Assembly (NCBI GenBank): GCA_918234285.1 | Contig: CAKJXZ020000003.1 | Span: forward strand, 1-64,000 | Reading direction: 5' to 3' | DNA length: 64,000 nucleotides | DNA from: Pseudomonadota bacterium | Lineage (GTDB): Bacteria; Pseudomonadota; Alphaproteobacteria; RF32; CAG-239 | Shown here: positions 49,108 to 58,878 of the stretch, piece after piece | Position numbering within the stretch: position 1 is the stretch's first letter | Layout: every line of letters starts with the position of its first letter | Position numbers and translations under genes: made by a program | The notes under the pieces: generated by a model | What the model saw: the letters and a program-made list of their open reading frames with translations, nothing else | What the model was told of the DNA's origin: nothing | Database searches by the model: none

Positions 49108-51392
49108 GGTTTATCATGCAACAATTTTACGCTTTATTCAAAAAAGAATTTCATGGCTATTTTCAAAGTTATTTTGCGCTGGCCATAGTCTTTATATATT
49201 TACTTATTTCTTCCGGAATTGCCTTCTACACTTCCTATTTGGATATGCATGATACCGGACTTTACGCACTTTTCAATATGCAGATTTATATTCAGGCCGC
49301 TTTAATCCCGGCGCTTACCATGAAGTTATGGGCAGAAGAATATAAGAGCGGAACGGCGGAATTTTTGTTGACGCAGCCGCTGGAATATCGCAAACCGGTA
49401 ATCGCCAAGATTTGCGCCGCCATGATGTTTGCCGTTTTCATGAGCCTGCTGCTGTTGCCGTTTATCCACGATTCGGCCGAACTGATAACTCTTGATTGGG
49501 GCAATATCGTATGTGATTACATCGGATTATGGCTGATTATTTTTGTTTTCTGTGCCGTCGGCTCGCTGATTTCGGCCTTAAACAAGAATATGATATCGGT
49601 ATACTTGCTCAGCTTATTTTCCACGGCATTTCTTGCTTTTATCCCGGCCACACATTTTCGCGCCGCATACACCGACTTTTTACTGGCCGAAATCGCCGTC
49701 GGCGATTGGTTATACTTCCTCACCGTCGGTGGTGTTCTGGTCTTTTTGAATATATTGGTATTGCAATTGCGAGCCTCGGCGCAAAAATACAAAATGCCGC
49801 GTTTTATTGCTTTCGGTGCCATGCTGCTCGGCGGTGTTGCCGCGCTTAACTTCGTCGCTTACACGCTGTTTGAGCAAAAATACGATGCAACCGCACAAAA
49901 AATTTACACTCCGCAGCAAATAAGCCGAGATATAGTCAAAGATTTGAAAGAACCGTTGTGTATCGATGTTTACATTTCCAAAGATTACGTTAATCGCAAT
50001 ATTGAATACTCACGTTACTACCAGCAGGTTATGCGCTTTCTGAAAAAATACGAGAAACTCTCAAACAAAAAAATAAAAGTCAACGCCGTAACCGTGGAGC
50101 CGTTCAGTCAAATGGAAACCATTGTTCTGAAATCGGGTCTGTATTTTGAAGAAAATATTTACGGCAGTAAGGATTATTTCGGCGCCACTGTTCATAATGA
50201 AGACGGCGAAGGTGTGGCAATTAAACACTTTTTAGCCGCACGCAGCCCTTATCTGGAAAAAGATATTGATACGGCCATATTAAAAATCAGCCGTGCCGAA
50301 GTTATAAAAAACATCGGTGTTTATCTGGACCCTTTCCAATATCTCGATGATTTTCAGGGACTTATGCTTAATCTGGAAAACGACTACAACCTCATCAATT
50401 TCACGGATGATGTCTATGCCATATCCCCTAAATTGGATCTATTGCTGTTGGTCAACCCTAAGAAATTATCATCCGAATTTAAATCGGCTATCGACAAGTA
50501 TATCGTAGGTGGCGGCAAGGTCATTATTTTGTTTGATTTTTTCACCGACAACCAATCAAGCAACGTTAATATCGAGCATTTTTCTTTGCTTAACCTCATC
50601 AGTTCATGGGGTATAAATTTCAGCGGTCAAATAGTTGATGAAGCAAAACCGGTTGCCGAATATGCTCCGTCCGGATTGCCGATTGTCATCTATAAAGCGG
50701 TTGACTTCGATATAAAAGACAGCGAAAGGATTGTCACTCCGCTTATAACCGACGACAAACAAATGATCGGTGCCTTAATTCAAGGAAAATTTCCGCCGTT
50801 GCATTCTGAAAACGCGTCAACAAAACAGAGCGCCGATGCTCAGGTTGCCGTGTTCGGCGATGTTGATTTAATCATCGATGATAATTGGATAGCCGAGCAA
50901 TCGCCTGATAAAAACCCTTATGATACCGTTTTCAAATCGTCTAACATTGAAGTCTTGCGTAACCTGATTGACCGGATGGTCGGTAACAATATCTATTTTT
51001 CGTTGCCGATACGCCATGCCCAACATAATACCTTCAGCATCAGCGAAAAATTATATAACCGGATATATGCACAAAACGCACCGACTTATTTTAAATTAAG
51101 CGCCGAATTAATTGACGCCCGTTCCGATATTGAAGCCGGCATTCCGCAAAACCCGGACAGAATCGAGCAAATGCTGCAATCGGGTGCGGCCGGACAAAGA
51201 ATTTCCGAGTTGGAAATAGAGGCTGAAAATATTCTGCATAAAATGAGCCGACAATATAAATCCGAGGTACAACTGCTGTTCATTTCGCAAGTTTTGGTGG
51301 TGCCGACGCTTGTTACTTTTGTGCTGTTTCTTATCATGTTTGTTATTCGGCGCAAACACAGAAAAAACATAAAGGAGTTTATGAATGAATAA
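49104..51392 (+). CDS. ABC permease/GldF-GldG-like fusion
   Basis: PALTMKLWAEEYKSGT.E.LLT.P permease motif followed by a periplasmic Gldg-like domain and C-terminal TM. Confidence 0.8.
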   Translation: MRFIMQQFYALFKKEFHGYFQSYFALAIVFIYLLISSGIAFYTSYLDMHDTGLYALFNMQIYIQAALIPALTMKLWAEEYKSGTAEFLLTQPLEYRKPVIAKICAAMMFAVFMSLLLLPFIHDSAELITLDWGNIVCDYIGLWLIIFVFCAVGSLISALNKNMISVYLLSLFSTAFLAFIPATHFRAAYTDFLLAEIAVGDWLYFLTVGGVLVFLNILVLQLRASAQKYKMPRFIAFGAMLLGGVAALNFVAYTLFEQKYDATAQKIYTPQQISRDIVKDLKEPLCIDVYISKDYVNRNIEYSRYYQQVMRFLKKYEKLSNKKIKVNAVTVEPFSQMETIVLKSGLYFEENIYGSKDYFGATVHNEDGEGVAIKHFLAARSPYLEKDIDTAILKISRAEVIKNIGVYLDPFQYLDDFQGLMLNLENDYNLINFTDDVYAISPKLDLLLLVNPKKLSSEFKSAIDKYIVGGGKVIILFDFFTDNQSSNVNIEHFSLLNLISSWGINFSGQIVDEAKPVAEYAPSGLPIVIYKAVDFDIKDSERIVTPLITDDKQMIGALIQGKFPPLHSENASTKQSADAQVAVFGDVDLIIDDNWIAEQSPDKNPYDTVFKSSNIEVLRNLIDRMVGNNIYFSLPIRHAQHNTFSISEKLYNRIYAQNAPTYFKLSAELIDARSDIEAGIPQNPDRIEQMLQSGAAGQRISELEIEAENILHKMSRQYKSEVQLLFISQVLVVPTLVTFVLFLIMFVIRRKHRKNIKEFMNE

Positions 51393-52332
51393 AAAATATT
51401 TTATAAGCGCTTTCATTTTTGTTTTTGTATCCGCCGCTTGCGGTATCGGTGCATGGTTATACACTTCATGGCGCAACAGCCTGTCGGTTGGCGGTGCCCC
51501 GACTTTTGCCGCCACCAAAGCCAAAATGTCATACTTGGGAAAAATCAAAATAACCAACCCCGGCGGTAGCGAAATTACCTTATCGCGCCAAGAGGGAATT
51601 TGGCACTTTGAAGAAGCCAAAAATTATTTTGCCAATCTTAATCAGATGAATGATATGTTGCGAATGCTCAACGATTCATCCGTTATTTCGGCAGAAGAAA
51701 CCGGTAAGCACCAACTTGAACGCCGCGGTTTGGATACTCAGTCCGGAGTTTTGTTGCAAACCTATACCCTTGATAACAAAATTCTCGACAGCTTGATTAT
51801 CGGCAAAAAAGATGGCAAAAAAATCTGTTATGCTCGCCAACCGCAATCCGAAACATACACCCTGCGCATCAGCTCTTGCGGTAGTTTTTCCGGCCAACCT
51901 GCCGACTGGATTCCTTATCCGTTACTCTCCGTACCGCATGATGAAATTGCGCGTATCCAAACCCCCGAAAAAGAATTATATGACAACGAAATTCATGAGC
52001 AAATTATGCAATCGAGCGATATGCGGCGCTTTATTTTGGCGCTTGGTGCCGTCGACTATCAGGGAATCGCACTTCGTGAAGAGCTGCTGAACAACCCTAA
52101 TCTGGAAATATCCACCCGCCAAATAGAAGTAGAACTTAAAAACGGGCTGGTTTATATTTTCAATATCCATTTAATCGAGGGCTCTTATTGGCTTGAGCCG
52201 GCTATGAAAGTCGGTAAAATTGCTCGCAAATCGGTACCGGAGTTCATCGAAAAAAATCGCAGCTATTTTGAAAATTGGCTGTTTCAACTGGGTGACGCTC
52301 AAGGTAAAATCCTTTATAACTTTAAGGGCTGA
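51385..52332 (+). CDS. DUF4340-like protein
   Basis: N-terminal TM; typical third gene of Gld-like ABC operons. Confidence 0.65.
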   Translation: MNKKYFISAFIFVFVSAACGIGAWLYTSWRNSLSVGGAPTFAATKAKMSYLGKIKITNPGGSEITLSRQEGIWHFEEAKNYFANLNQMNDMLRMLNDSSVISAEETGKHQLERRGLDTQSGVLLQTYTLDNKILDSLIIGKKDGKKICYARQPQSETYTLRISSCGSFSGQPADWIPYPLLSVPHDEIARIQTPEKELYDNEIHEQIMQSSDMRRFILALGAVDYQGIALREELLNNPNLEISTRQIEVELKNGLVYIFNIHLIEGSYWLEPAMKVGKIARKSVPEFIEKNRSYFENWLFQLGDAQGKILYNFKG

Positions 52333-52344
52333 ATTTGTATTTTT

Positions 52345-53073
52345 TTAATCGTCGGTACGCGCCAACGTCAGCGAATAAATTGCCGCTGCTCCGGCTTTGT
52401 GCAAAACCTTGGCGCATTCGTTTAAGGTTGAACCGGTAGTAGAAACATCATCTATCAGCACAACTTTTTTGCCCTTTATATTTTGCGGATATACTACCGC
52501 AAACGCCTGCTTCAAATTATTTCGCCGCGCCGCCCCCGATAACTGCACCTGCGGCACGGTATTGCGCTGACGCACCAATGCTGCGTAATCCGCCGCAACC
52601 CCGGTTTTCTGCGCCAGATATTTACAAAGCAGTGCCGATTGATTATAACGGCGTTGCAACAATCGCAAACGATGAATCGGTACAGGTATCAACAAATCGG
52701 GGTTTTCTTTCCATATATCGCTTCCGGCCGTATACAGCAAACCCGCCAGTGTTTCCGCACTTCCGGTACGATCGCGGAATTTCAGATTGAGAATTAAATC
52801 CTTGGATTCGTCGTCATAAATAAAAGATGAGCGTTGCAACATAAACAAACGTCTTTTCCGGCGCAAGCACTCGCCGCAATACTGCACCGCCCCGAACTTG
52901 ACATCCGCACCTCCGGCAAACGGCCGCCCGCAACAATGACACAACGGTGCGCTGATAAAGGTTATCTTGGTAAAACAATCGGCGCAAATACCGTTATGCT
53001 CGCTCAATATCTGACCGCACTTAATACATCGCGGCGGTAAAATCATGTTCAGAAAATACTGCCATATTCTCAT
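52345..53073 (-). CDS. comF: ComF/phosphoribosyltransferase family protein
   Basis: Double zinc ribbon CxxC, RRYNQS and LIDDVSTTGST motifs. Confidence 0.92.
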   Translation of the reverse strand: MRIWQYFLNMILPPRCIKCGQILSEHNGICADCFTKITFISAPLCHCCGRPFAGGADVKFGAVQYCGECLRRKRRLFMLQRSSFIYDDESKDLILNLKFRDRTGSAETLAGLLYTAGSDIWKENPDLLIPVPIHRLRLLQRRYNQSALLCKYLAQKTGVAADYAALVRQRNTVPQVQLSGAARRNNLKQAFAVVYPQNIKGKKVVLIDDVSTTGSTLNECAKVLHKAGAAAIYSLTLARTDD

Positions 53074-53942
53074 ATTTTAAGTTCTTGTAACGTGTTATGA
53101 ATCTGATTCATCTGGTCAACCACAATGATTCCGGCCTCGCGCATAATGCGCTTTTTATCGGCAACGGTAACCCGACCGTGAGTAATAATGTCGGCGGCAT
53201 ACCCCATCGTATGCCCGAACGGCAACGCTTCTCCGGCCACAAATGCCACCACCGGTTTTTTAACCGCAAGCCCATAATAATACTCGGCAATCAGTTGCTC
53301 ATAAGCATTATCGGCCTTACCGACCAACACCACCGCTTTGGTAGCATCATCTTCCATAAACCGCCGCAACGGCTCTCTGAAATCGGTACCGATAATCATA
53401 TCATCGCCCAAACCGACCACCGTCGATTGCCCCAGCTTCGCTTCGTTTGTCTGCAAAACCGCCTCATAAGTCAAAGTGGACGAACGCGAAATAACACCGA
53501 TGCAACCTTTTTGATGAATATTATCCGGAAAAATCCCCAAACGTGCCTCTTGCGGCGTAATCAATCCCGGAGTATTCGGTCCTATCATCAGTGTTTTGGA
53601 ACCCTTCAACATGGCGCGGATTTCCAACATATCATGCACCGGCACTCCGCTGGCGATCGAAACAATCAGTCCGATTTCCGCCTCAACCGCCTCTTGCACT
53701 GCTCGCTTAACCGCCATTGCCGGCACAAACAAAACGCTGGCATCAAAATTAAACTGGCGCTGGGCATTATGCACATTATCAAAAACCGGTACTCCGATGT
53801 GCTTTTCCCCCTCGTGCCCCGGCGACGTTCCGGCCACGACATTGGTCCCGTTTTCAATCGAGCGCTTCACATGGAAGGAGGCCTGTGTACCGGTAATTCC
53901 CTGAATCAGCACTCGCGTATTTTTATCGGCCAAAATAGACAT
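53070..53942 (-). CDS. sucD: Succinyl-CoA synthetase alpha-like subunit (active-site His replaced)
   Basis: Full-length SucD similarity (QGITG, GPNTPG, SRS.TLTYEAV) but MGYAAD in place of MGHAGA. Confidence 0.85.
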   Translation of the reverse strand: MSILADKNTRVLIQGITGTQASFHVKRSIENGTNVVAGTSPGHEGEKHIGVPVFDNVHNAQRQFNFDASVLFVPAMAVKRAVQEAVEAEIGLIVSIASGVPVHDMLEIRAMLKGSKTLMIGPNTPGLITPQEARLGIFPDNIHQKGCIGVISRSSTLTYEAVLQTNEAKLGQSTVVGLGDDMIIGTDFREPLRRFMEDDATKAVVLVGKADNAYEQLIAEYYYGLAVKKPVVAFVAGEALPFGHTMGYAADIITHGRVTVADKKRIMREAGIIVVDQMNQIHNTLQELKI

Positions 53943-55141
53943 CAGTCGTTAACCTCCATCTTTGCCAACAGCTTTTCCACCGCATCGTTAATGTCATCCG
54001 CAAACACCACCGCAAGATTGGATTGTTGCAAAATTGCTTTGGCTTCTTCTTTATTGGTACCCTCAAAACGTACAATCAGCGGCACGGTCAACCCCACATC
54101 CTGCGATGCTTCCAAAATTCCGTCGGCAATCAGATTGCAACGCAGAAATCCGCCGATAATATTAATCAACATTCCCTCAACTCGCGGATTGGTCATGATG
54201 ATTTTAATACCGGCGGCAATTTTTTCTTTATCCACACCGCCCTTAACATTTAGCGAACAAGCAGTGCCGTATCCCTTGGACTGAATAATATCCATTGCCT
54301 CCAGCGCCAAACCTTCGCCGTTGACGATGCAGCCTATATTCCCGTCAAACTCATGATATTGAAAGCCGCATAATCTGGCGCGACGGTGGCGTTTTTCTTC
54401 TTCAAAATCTTCGTGAATCCGCACAATATCCGGGTGCCGAAACATAGCATTGTTGTCAAACTTAATCTTAGCATCAAGCGCAATCAGTTTCTTATCCGGC
54501 AAAATCCCCACCGGATTGATTTCAATCATCTGCGCGTCCAAATTAACAAACGTAAACAACAACTTGCCGAAAAAATCATGAAAACTCTGCAAATATATTT
54601 TATCCAACGACAGAAAATCCAAAATCTGGAAAATCTGTTCATCGCTGATACCGGAATCCTGCTGCAAATTAATCCGCAGAATTTTCTCTCGCCGCTGTGC
54701 CAATGTAACGATATTCTCGTCGGCCACTTCCGAAATCAGCAGAGTTATGCACGGCACCGAACTGTCAATAATCATACCCGCATAAAACGGATGCTTGACT
54801 TCTTCAAATTTTTCCACATAAACCTTGGTAACCAAACGCCCCTTATCGCCGGTTTGTTCCGTAACCAAAGTGTTGTTGAGCATTTGTGCCGCCTCATACA
54901 AAACGTTGCTGATTTGCGTTACCTGCCGGATTCCGCCCTTACCGCCGGCGTCGTGATCAATAAAATGTCCGGTAGCTCTGGCGCCCGATTGAATTTGCGC
55001 TTTAAGCATCCACGGCCCGCGTGACGACAGCTTTTGTGCCACTCTTTTGGCCTCACTCGGCGTATATGCAATACCTCCCGGCGGAACGAGAATACCGTAT
55101 TGCGCTAAAATTTTCTTCGCCTGATATTCATGGATGTTCAT
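53942..55141 (-). CDS. sucC: Succinyl-CoA synthetase beta-like subunit (divergent)
   Basis: MNIHEYQAK, EINP, LDAK and VRFEGTN motifs; several Gly-rich motifs altered. Confidence 0.87.
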   Translation of the reverse strand: MNIHEYQAKKILAQYGILVPPGGIAYTPSEAKRVAQKLSSRGPWMLKAQIQSGARATGHFIDHDAGGKGGIRQVTQISNVLYEAAQMLNNTLVTEQTGDKGRLVTKVYVEKFEEVKHPFYAGMIIDSSVPCITLLISEVADENIVTLAQRREKILRINLQQDSGISDEQIFQILDFLSLDKIYLQSFHDFFGKLLFTFVNLDAQMIEINPVGILPDKKLIALDAKIKFDNNAMFRHPDIVRIHEDFEEEKRHRRARLCGFQYHEFDGNIGCIVNGEGLALEAMDIIQSKGYGTACSLNVKGGVDKEKIAAGIKIIMTNPRVEGMLINIIGGFLRCNLIADGILEASQDVGLTVPLIVRFEGTNKEEAKAILQQSNLAVVFADDINDAVEKLLAKMEVND

Positions 55142-55150
55142 ACAAATTCC

Positions 55151-55552
55151 TTACTTAAAGTCCGCATATTCTTTAATTTTAGCCACCATCGATAACATAC
55201 CGTTGCGGCGGCTCGGCGTTAAATTTTCCTCTAAACCGAGTTTAGCAAAAATTTTCATAACATCAATACTTTTTATTTCTTCAGGTGTTTTATCGTTATA
55301 AATCAGCAAAATAATCGCTATAATTCCCCGCACCAAAATCGCATCGCTGTCGCCGGCAAAATGAATACATCCGTTTACAAAATGCGGCACCAGCCATACT
55401 TGCGATTGGCAACCTTTTACCTTCCATTCTTCGGTTTTGTACGCCGCGTCCAAAGGTTCGAGTTTATTGCCCAAATCTATGACATACTGATATTTTTCTT
55501 CCCAATTTTCAAAAAAAGAAAAATTTTCGATAAGCTCCTCAATATCCATCAC
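55151..55552 (-). CDS. sufE: Fe-S cluster sulfur acceptor SufE
   Basis: VKGCQSQVW, DSDA..VRG and LTPSRRNG motifs. Confidence 0.93.
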   Translation of the reverse strand: MMDIEELIENFSFFENWEEKYQYVIDLGNKLEPLDAAYKTEEWKVKGCQSQVWLVPHFVNGCIHFAGDSDAILVRGIIAIILLIYNDKTPEEIKSIDVMKIFAKLGLEENLTPSRRNGMLSMVAKIKEYADFK

Positions 55553-56013
55553 AGCAACTCCAACATTTCTTTGGCCTCATCGGTCAGTTTATCCGGTGTC
55601 CAAGCCGGTTCCCACACCAATTTCACCTCGATTTTGCCAACTCCCTCCAGCAAAGCAATCGCATCGGCGACCTGCTGCGGCAAAACTCCGGCAATCGGAC
55701 ACGTCGGCGCCGTCAGTGTCATTTCGATATATAAATCACCGTTATCTTTCTGGTCTATCTTATAAATCAGCCCCATATCATAAACGTTTATTGGGATTTC
55801 CGGATCGGAGACGGTACGAATTTGCTCGACAATATCAATCATCTTGGCCTTTTGCGTACCCTCTGCCAACACCTCTCCGGCATAAGCCACAAAATCCGGC
55901 AACGGTTCCGCCGAAGTTTCCGCCGCGCTGTCGTCAACACTCATTGCCTGCAACAGCCGACTTTCGGTTGCGCCGATTATTTTTTCTTCCGTTTCTTTAA
56001 TTTCTTCGTTCAT
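55549..56013 (-). CDS. sufT: SufT/DUF59 Fe-S assembly protein
   Basis: DPEIPINVYDMGL, TLTAPTCP and WEPAW motifs. Confidence 0.88.
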   Translation of the reverse strand: MNEEIKETEEKIIGATESRLLQAMSVDDSAAETSAEPLPDFVAYAGEVLAEGTQKAKMIDIVEQIRTVSDPEIPINVYDMGLIYKIDQKDNGDLYIEMTLTAPTCPIAGVLPQQVADAIALLEGVGKIEVKLVWEPAWTPDKLTDEAKEMLELL

Positions 56014-57236
56014 TATGCTTCTCTGAAAAACTTTTCGGCCTTTATCAATGCCGCCACCAATGCATCTATGTCTTCTTTGGTTGTATATAAACCGAGTGAA
56101 GCCCGTGCCAGTGAATTATACCCCATCCGATTGACAATCGGCTGTGCGCAATGGTGCCCGATTCTGATGGCAACATTTTCTTTATTCAGCACAAAAGCCA
56201 GATCTTGCGGATGTATTTTACCGACGGCAAAACTGAACACCCCGCCTTTATTTTTAGCCGTGCCGATAATTTTGAGTTTCGGCACTTCGGCCAAACGTTC
56301 GTTGGTATATTTGATAAGCTCTTCTTCGTGTCGAACAATATCTGCAAACCCGATTCGCTCTATATATTTTATACCTTCCGCCATACCGACGGCCTGCACC
56401 GATGCCGGAGTACCTGCCTCAAAACGGGCCGGAATATCGGCATACGTCGTTTTTGCAAATGTAACATTATCAATCATGTCTCCGCCAAACTGATACGGCG
56501 GCATTTTTTCCAAAACCTCCGCCTTGCCGTATAACACGCCGATACCGGTCGGGCCGTATATTTTATGGCCGGAAAACGCCGCAAAATCACAATCAATATC
56601 CTGCACATCCAGCGGATAATGCACCGCAAACTGGCAGGCGTCCACCAACACCTTGGCCCCAACTCCGTGCGCGGCCGCGGTAATTTTTTTAATCGGAAAC
56701 ATGGTACCCAAAACATTGGACATGGCACTGACGGCCACCAGTTTGGTCTTTTCGTTCAAACGCGCGAGAAATTCTTCTTCGATATAATCGCCGTTATCCG
56801 CCACCGGAAACACCGCCAACTTGGCTCCGCTGACTTCACACAGATGTTGCCACGGCACTAAATTGGCATGATGTTCGGCCTCCGAAATCAAAATCTCGTC
56901 ACCGGCACGAACATTCTGCAACCCCCAGGTTGCCGCTACCAAATTAATCGATTCCGTAGCGTTGCGTGTAAAAACTATTTCCCTTGTTTCGCGGGCATTG
57001 ATAAACTGCCGCACCGTTTCACGCGCCTGTTCATAAGCCGTGGTAATGGCATCGGCAAAATAATAAGTGCCGCGATGCGGATTGGCATAAAATTCATAAT
57101 AAACGCGACGCATGGCATCAAACACCGCCTGCGGCTTTTGTGCTGAAGCGGTAGTATCGAGATACGCCACCGGTTTGCCGTTGATACGCACATCGAAAAT
57201 CGGAAAATCTTTCCTTATTTTATAAACATCATACAT
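56013..57236 (-). CDS. sufS: Cysteine desulfurase SufS
   Basis: SGHKIYGPTG PLP site and RIGHHCA group II motif. Confidence 0.95.
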   Translation of the reverse strand: MYDVYKIRKDFPIFDVRINGKPVAYLDTTASAQKPQAVFDAMRRVYYEFYANPHRGTYYFADAITTAYEQARETVRQFINARETREIVFTRNATESINLVAATWGLQNVRAGDEILISEAEHHANLVPWQHLCEVSGAKLAVFPVADNGDYIEEEFLARLNEKTKLVAVSAMSNVLGTMFPIKKITAAAHGVGAKVLVDACQFAVHYPLDVQDIDCDFAAFSGHKIYGPTGIGVLYGKAEVLEKMPPYQFGGDMIDNVTFAKTTYADIPARFEAGTPASVQAVGMAEGIKYIERIGFADIVRHEEELIKYTNERLAEVPKLKIIGTAKNKGGVFSFAVGKIHPQDLAFVLNKENVAIRIGHHCAQPIVNRMGYNSLARASLGLYTTKEDIDALVAALIKAEKFFREA

Positions 57237-57364
57237 CGCATATTCCTTTAAAGCTTTTTACATATTTAGCCTGTAAAAAAATATTTTTCAAGATTTATAT
57301 TGCACCGAATAAAAAATCTCCGACAACAACCGCTGCCGGAGATTATGAAGAATACCTCTGTAGC

Positions 57365-57814
57365 TTATTCGACAATCAAAATCAGACTGTCTTTAACCGC
57401 CGTAACTTTGGCCTTATCGCCTTTTTTCAGCGGCTTTTCGGTATATGCCAACCAATAAGTATCGCCAACCTTAACCTTGGTTTGGCTGTCGACTACATCT
57501 TCGGCAATCGTCACCGTACGACCGACAAATTGTTGCGCCGAGTCATTCAAATTGCGATATTCCTGCGGTGCCTGCACTCTTTTGAAAATAAAGCGATAAG
57601 AATACCAGCCGATAACCGCAAAAATTGCCGAAAATGCGGCAAACCAGATGATTTGCGTGGAGAGCGCCATCGGTATAAAATACGTCAAAACGCTCATACA
57701 CAGCCCGGCCAAACCGAACCAAATCAAATAGGTTCCCGGCACTATCAATTCCAAAATCGACAAGGCCAGACCGATAATCAGCCAGTTTGTCGCCGCCGTT
57801 TCAAATAACATCAT
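57365..57814 (-). CDS. NfeD family protein
   Basis: LELIVPG..LIWFG TM region and C-terminal OB fold; paired with SPFH. Confidence 0.9.
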   Translation of the reverse strand: MMLFETAATNWLIIGLALSILELIVPGTYLIWFGLAGLCMSVLTYFIPMALSTQIIWFAAFSAIFAVIGWYSYRFIFKRVQAPQEYRNLNDSAQQFVGRTVTIAEDVVDSQTKVKVGDTYWLAYTEKPLKKGDKAKVTAVKDSLILIVE

Positions 57815-57822
57815 AGTTCTCC

Positions 57823-58734
57823 TTATTTTTTAGGTTTTTCAGCAACGTTTTTAGCAATCTCGGCAATACCGGCAATCGTGCCCATAACCTGCGTGGCATC
57901 AACCGGCAACATCAGCAGCTTCTCATTCGGCGAAGTAACAATACCTTGCAAAGCATCGATATATTTCTGCCCCAAGAAGTACGATAAAGCGTTTTGATTA
58001 CCCTTTTCAATGGCGTCGGAAACGAGTTTGGTAGCCGTTGCTTCGGCCTGAGCTGAACGTTCGCGAGCCTCGGCTTCACGGAATGCGGCTTCTCTGTTAC
58101 CTTCGGCTTCCAAAATAACCGCCTGTTTTTCACCTTCCGCTTTCAAAATTTCCGCCTGACGCAAACCTTCGGCTTCCAAAATGTTGGCACGCTTATCGCG
58201 CTCGGCCATCATCTGGCGCGCCATGGAATCAATCAAATTTGCCGGTGGGGTAATATCCTTAATTTCTACACGCGTAACTTTTACGCCCCACGGAATGGTT
58301 GCCACGTCGACCACATCCAACAGCCGTTGGTTGATGATGTTGCGTTGCGACAACAGCTCATCGATTTCCATACTGCCGATAACCGTACGAATGTTGGTCA
58401 TTACCAAATTCATAATCGCAAAATCGAGATTTTCCACCTGATAGGCGGCCTTTACCGCATCCTGAATTTGATAAAACAGCACGCCGTTCACCGTTACCAT
58501 AGCGTTATCTTTGGTAATCACTTCCTGCGAAGCCACATCCAAAACCTGCTCCTTGCGGTTGATTTTGGCGCCGATGTTTTCAAAAATCGGAATCAATATA
58601 TGAAAACCCGGTTTCAGCGAACGAGTATATTTACCGAAGTTTTCCACGGTATATTCATAACCCTGTTGCACGATAACCACATACTTCAACAAAATCAGAA
58701 ACACCAAAATAACCAGAACGATAGCAACTTCCAT
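57823..58734 (-). CDS. SPFH/stomatin-like protein (QmcA-like)
   Basis: ITKDNA, WGVKVTRVEIKDI.PP and QMMAER.KRA motifs. Confidence 0.93.
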   Translation of the reverse strand: MEVAIVLVILVFLILLKYVVIVQQGYEYTVENFGKYTRSLKPGFHILIPIFENIGAKINRKEQVLDVASQEVITKDNAMVTVNGVLFYQIQDAVKAAYQVENLDFAIMNLVMTNIRTVIGSMEIDELLSQRNIINQRLLDVVDVATIPWGVKVTRVEIKDITPPANLIDSMARQMMAERDKRANILEAEGLRQAEILKAEGEKQAVILEAEGNREAAFREAEARERSAQAEATATKLVSDAIEKGNQNALSYFLGQKYIDALQGIVTSPNEKLLMLPVDATQVMGTIAGIAEIAKNVAEKPKK

Positions 58735-58878
58735 TGTTTATTCCTTTCACATAATAACCGTTAAACCGTATCTGAACATAAAATATACTTTGTTTTATAT
58801 TTTCGCAAGCAAAAAAACACCCCGCCGTAAAGCAGGGTGTTAAATTCAGTATTTATGCTTGTTATTTCGGGTTCAACA

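Noticed and set aside
48397-52332. Gliding motility system
   Set aside because: GldA/F/G-like ABC operons with DUF4340 are widespread in non-gliding proteobacteria, and no other gld/T9SS genes are seen.
53097-54284. 395-aa plus-strand ORF (likewise 39311-40258 and 31636-32397)
   Set aside because: Antisense shadows of sucD/sucC, the Gfo/Idh/MocA gene and lexA.
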